NCBI RefSeq assembly: GCF_001194135.2
Contig: NC_068981.1
Coordinates: 53,077,901-53,141,900 of the forward strand
DNA from: Octopus bimaculoides
Taxonomy: Eukaryota
DNA length: 64,000 bases
Reading direction: 5' to 3'
Shown here piece by piece: positions 62,601-64,000 of this stretch. Position 1 is the stretch's first letter; each line of letters begins with the position of its first letter. The notes under the pieces were generated by a model, which searched no databases, had not been told where the DNA came from, and worked only from the letters and a program-made list of their open reading frames with translations. A program made the position numbers and the translations under genes.

Positions 62601-63439
62601 GTATGTAGATTTATTACTGTTCTTATATCCTTTGAGTGGTGGTAAAAGGATTGCTGGAAAAAGGACAAAAGATGAACTCATTTTGGACACCATCTACTGT
62701 TAATGATACAAATGATGATCAGGAAAAATAATACATCCTATGTGCTATGATCTTAAGAAAGAAGGTTTAATTTTAGAAACTAAGATTAAATCATGAAGTT
62801 GATAGGCAGAACAATTTCTCGCACTTTCTTTATTTTTTCTGAAGTCATTAGCCATTGATACAAATTTAAAACATAGTTTTAAATTAACCATGGGACACTT
62901 TATTCATGTGTAACTTTTTAAAATAATAAACAATATAAAAGATGTACATAAAATTTTGGAAGCCACCATCAGATAATGTATTTTGAAAGAGTTTGGTATT
63001 ATGTAGAAACAAACAGAAATAACATTTTAAACAATGAACCACTAGAAATACTTACTAATTTTTTCTATTTAAATTATCTAATTCATTACTGGTGTGATGA
63101 ACTGCTGATTAATATGTACTTATAATCTTAGCTATTTTTTTTTACATACTTGGTGACCACTTACTTTCCTATATAAACAGCTTTAATATACCATATCAAT
63201 TTAGTTTTAGCCCAGTTACACCTTGACTGATATTTTCTCTGAATTTCTAACAGCTTTGAGTATTATTAAATGCTTTCAACACAGTTTATATAATCTAATT
63301 TTATGTAAAGTCAAATTGATCTGCAATTCAAAAACATGTTTTTTTTATCTTTTATCTTATCTGTTTGATAAGCTTATTTGGCTTTATAATTATTTCTTCT
63401 GACTGCTTGTTTAGAGCATTCTTTCGTTTTTACTAGTTG

Positions 63440-63765
63440 CCAGGTGAAGGCCATCAAGCTCACAATCATGAAATAGTGAGTTTGATTCCTGGACCGGGCT
63501 GTGTTGTGTTCTTGAGCAAGATACTTTATTTCACATTGCTCCAGTTCACTTAGCTGTTGAAATGAGTTGTGACATCACTGGTGCCAAGTTATATCAGCCT
63601 TTCCCTTTCCCTTGGACAACATTGGTGGCATGGAGAAGTGGGTCTAGTATGTGTGGGCAACTTACTACTGATCTTCCATAAACAACCTTGCCCGGACTTC
63701 TACCTGAAAGGGAAAATTCCTAGGTGCAATCCCATGGTCATTAATGACCAAAGGGGGTCTTTTTG
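63440..63765 (+). mobile_element. tRNA-derived SINE with CORE/V-like domain
   Basis: B-box gagtttgattcc, then gtgttgtgttcttgagcaagatactttatttcacattgctccagttcac. Confidence 0.65.
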
Positions 63766-64000
63766 GAAAATTATGTAAAAACAATATGAAAAGAAAATCT
63801 ACAGAAAATATTGCCTACTTTTCAAAATTATTCTGAAGTGCATATGTGATTCTGGTTGTAGAAGTGGATTTAGTATACAAAATCACAATAGCTTAATGCT
63901 TTATAGATAATGTTAGTGATAAAGACATTGCCATTAAAGTAGGTTCTTGAAATGATATTAGAGCTTGCTAGAAATTATAGGAATTCTTGACACAGCAATT

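Overview
AT-rich, repeat-dense animal genomic DNA with six N-gaps. The repeat families (RTE LINEs with (GAT)n tails, Nin/Deu-type and Meta-type tRNA SINEs, R4/Dong LINEs, mariners, piggyBac/hAT MITEs, abundant microsatellites) point to a cephalopod, probably Octopus; this is an inference. No intact protein-coding gene is visible. The window looks like the introns of one or two large host genes: a CpG-retaining, promoter-like domain at about 30.3-35.4 kb carries splice donors on both strands, and a few candidate exons lie at 310-412 (-), 36299-36341 (+) and 62571-62600 (+). All transposase and reverse transcriptase remnants are disrupted. The most notable items are: (1) a tRNA-headed SINE whose tail is a Penelope-type pseudo-LTR containing a minimal hammerhead ribozyme, inserted as a fold-back unit inside a 14-bp target duplication (4 loci in the window); (2) a perfect 36-bp inverted repeat that would sequester the branch point, acceptor and start of a candidate 30-nt coding exon; (3) a full-length U2 snRNA copy abutting an RTE 3' tail; (4) a DD36E (Incomer-like) Tc1 element; (5) a same-strand stack of R4/Dong LINEs at (TAA)n tracts; (6) an RTE reverse transcriptase carrying an internal C4HC3 (PHD-like) finger. 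All analysis was by eye, and coordinates of degenerate repeats are approximate.
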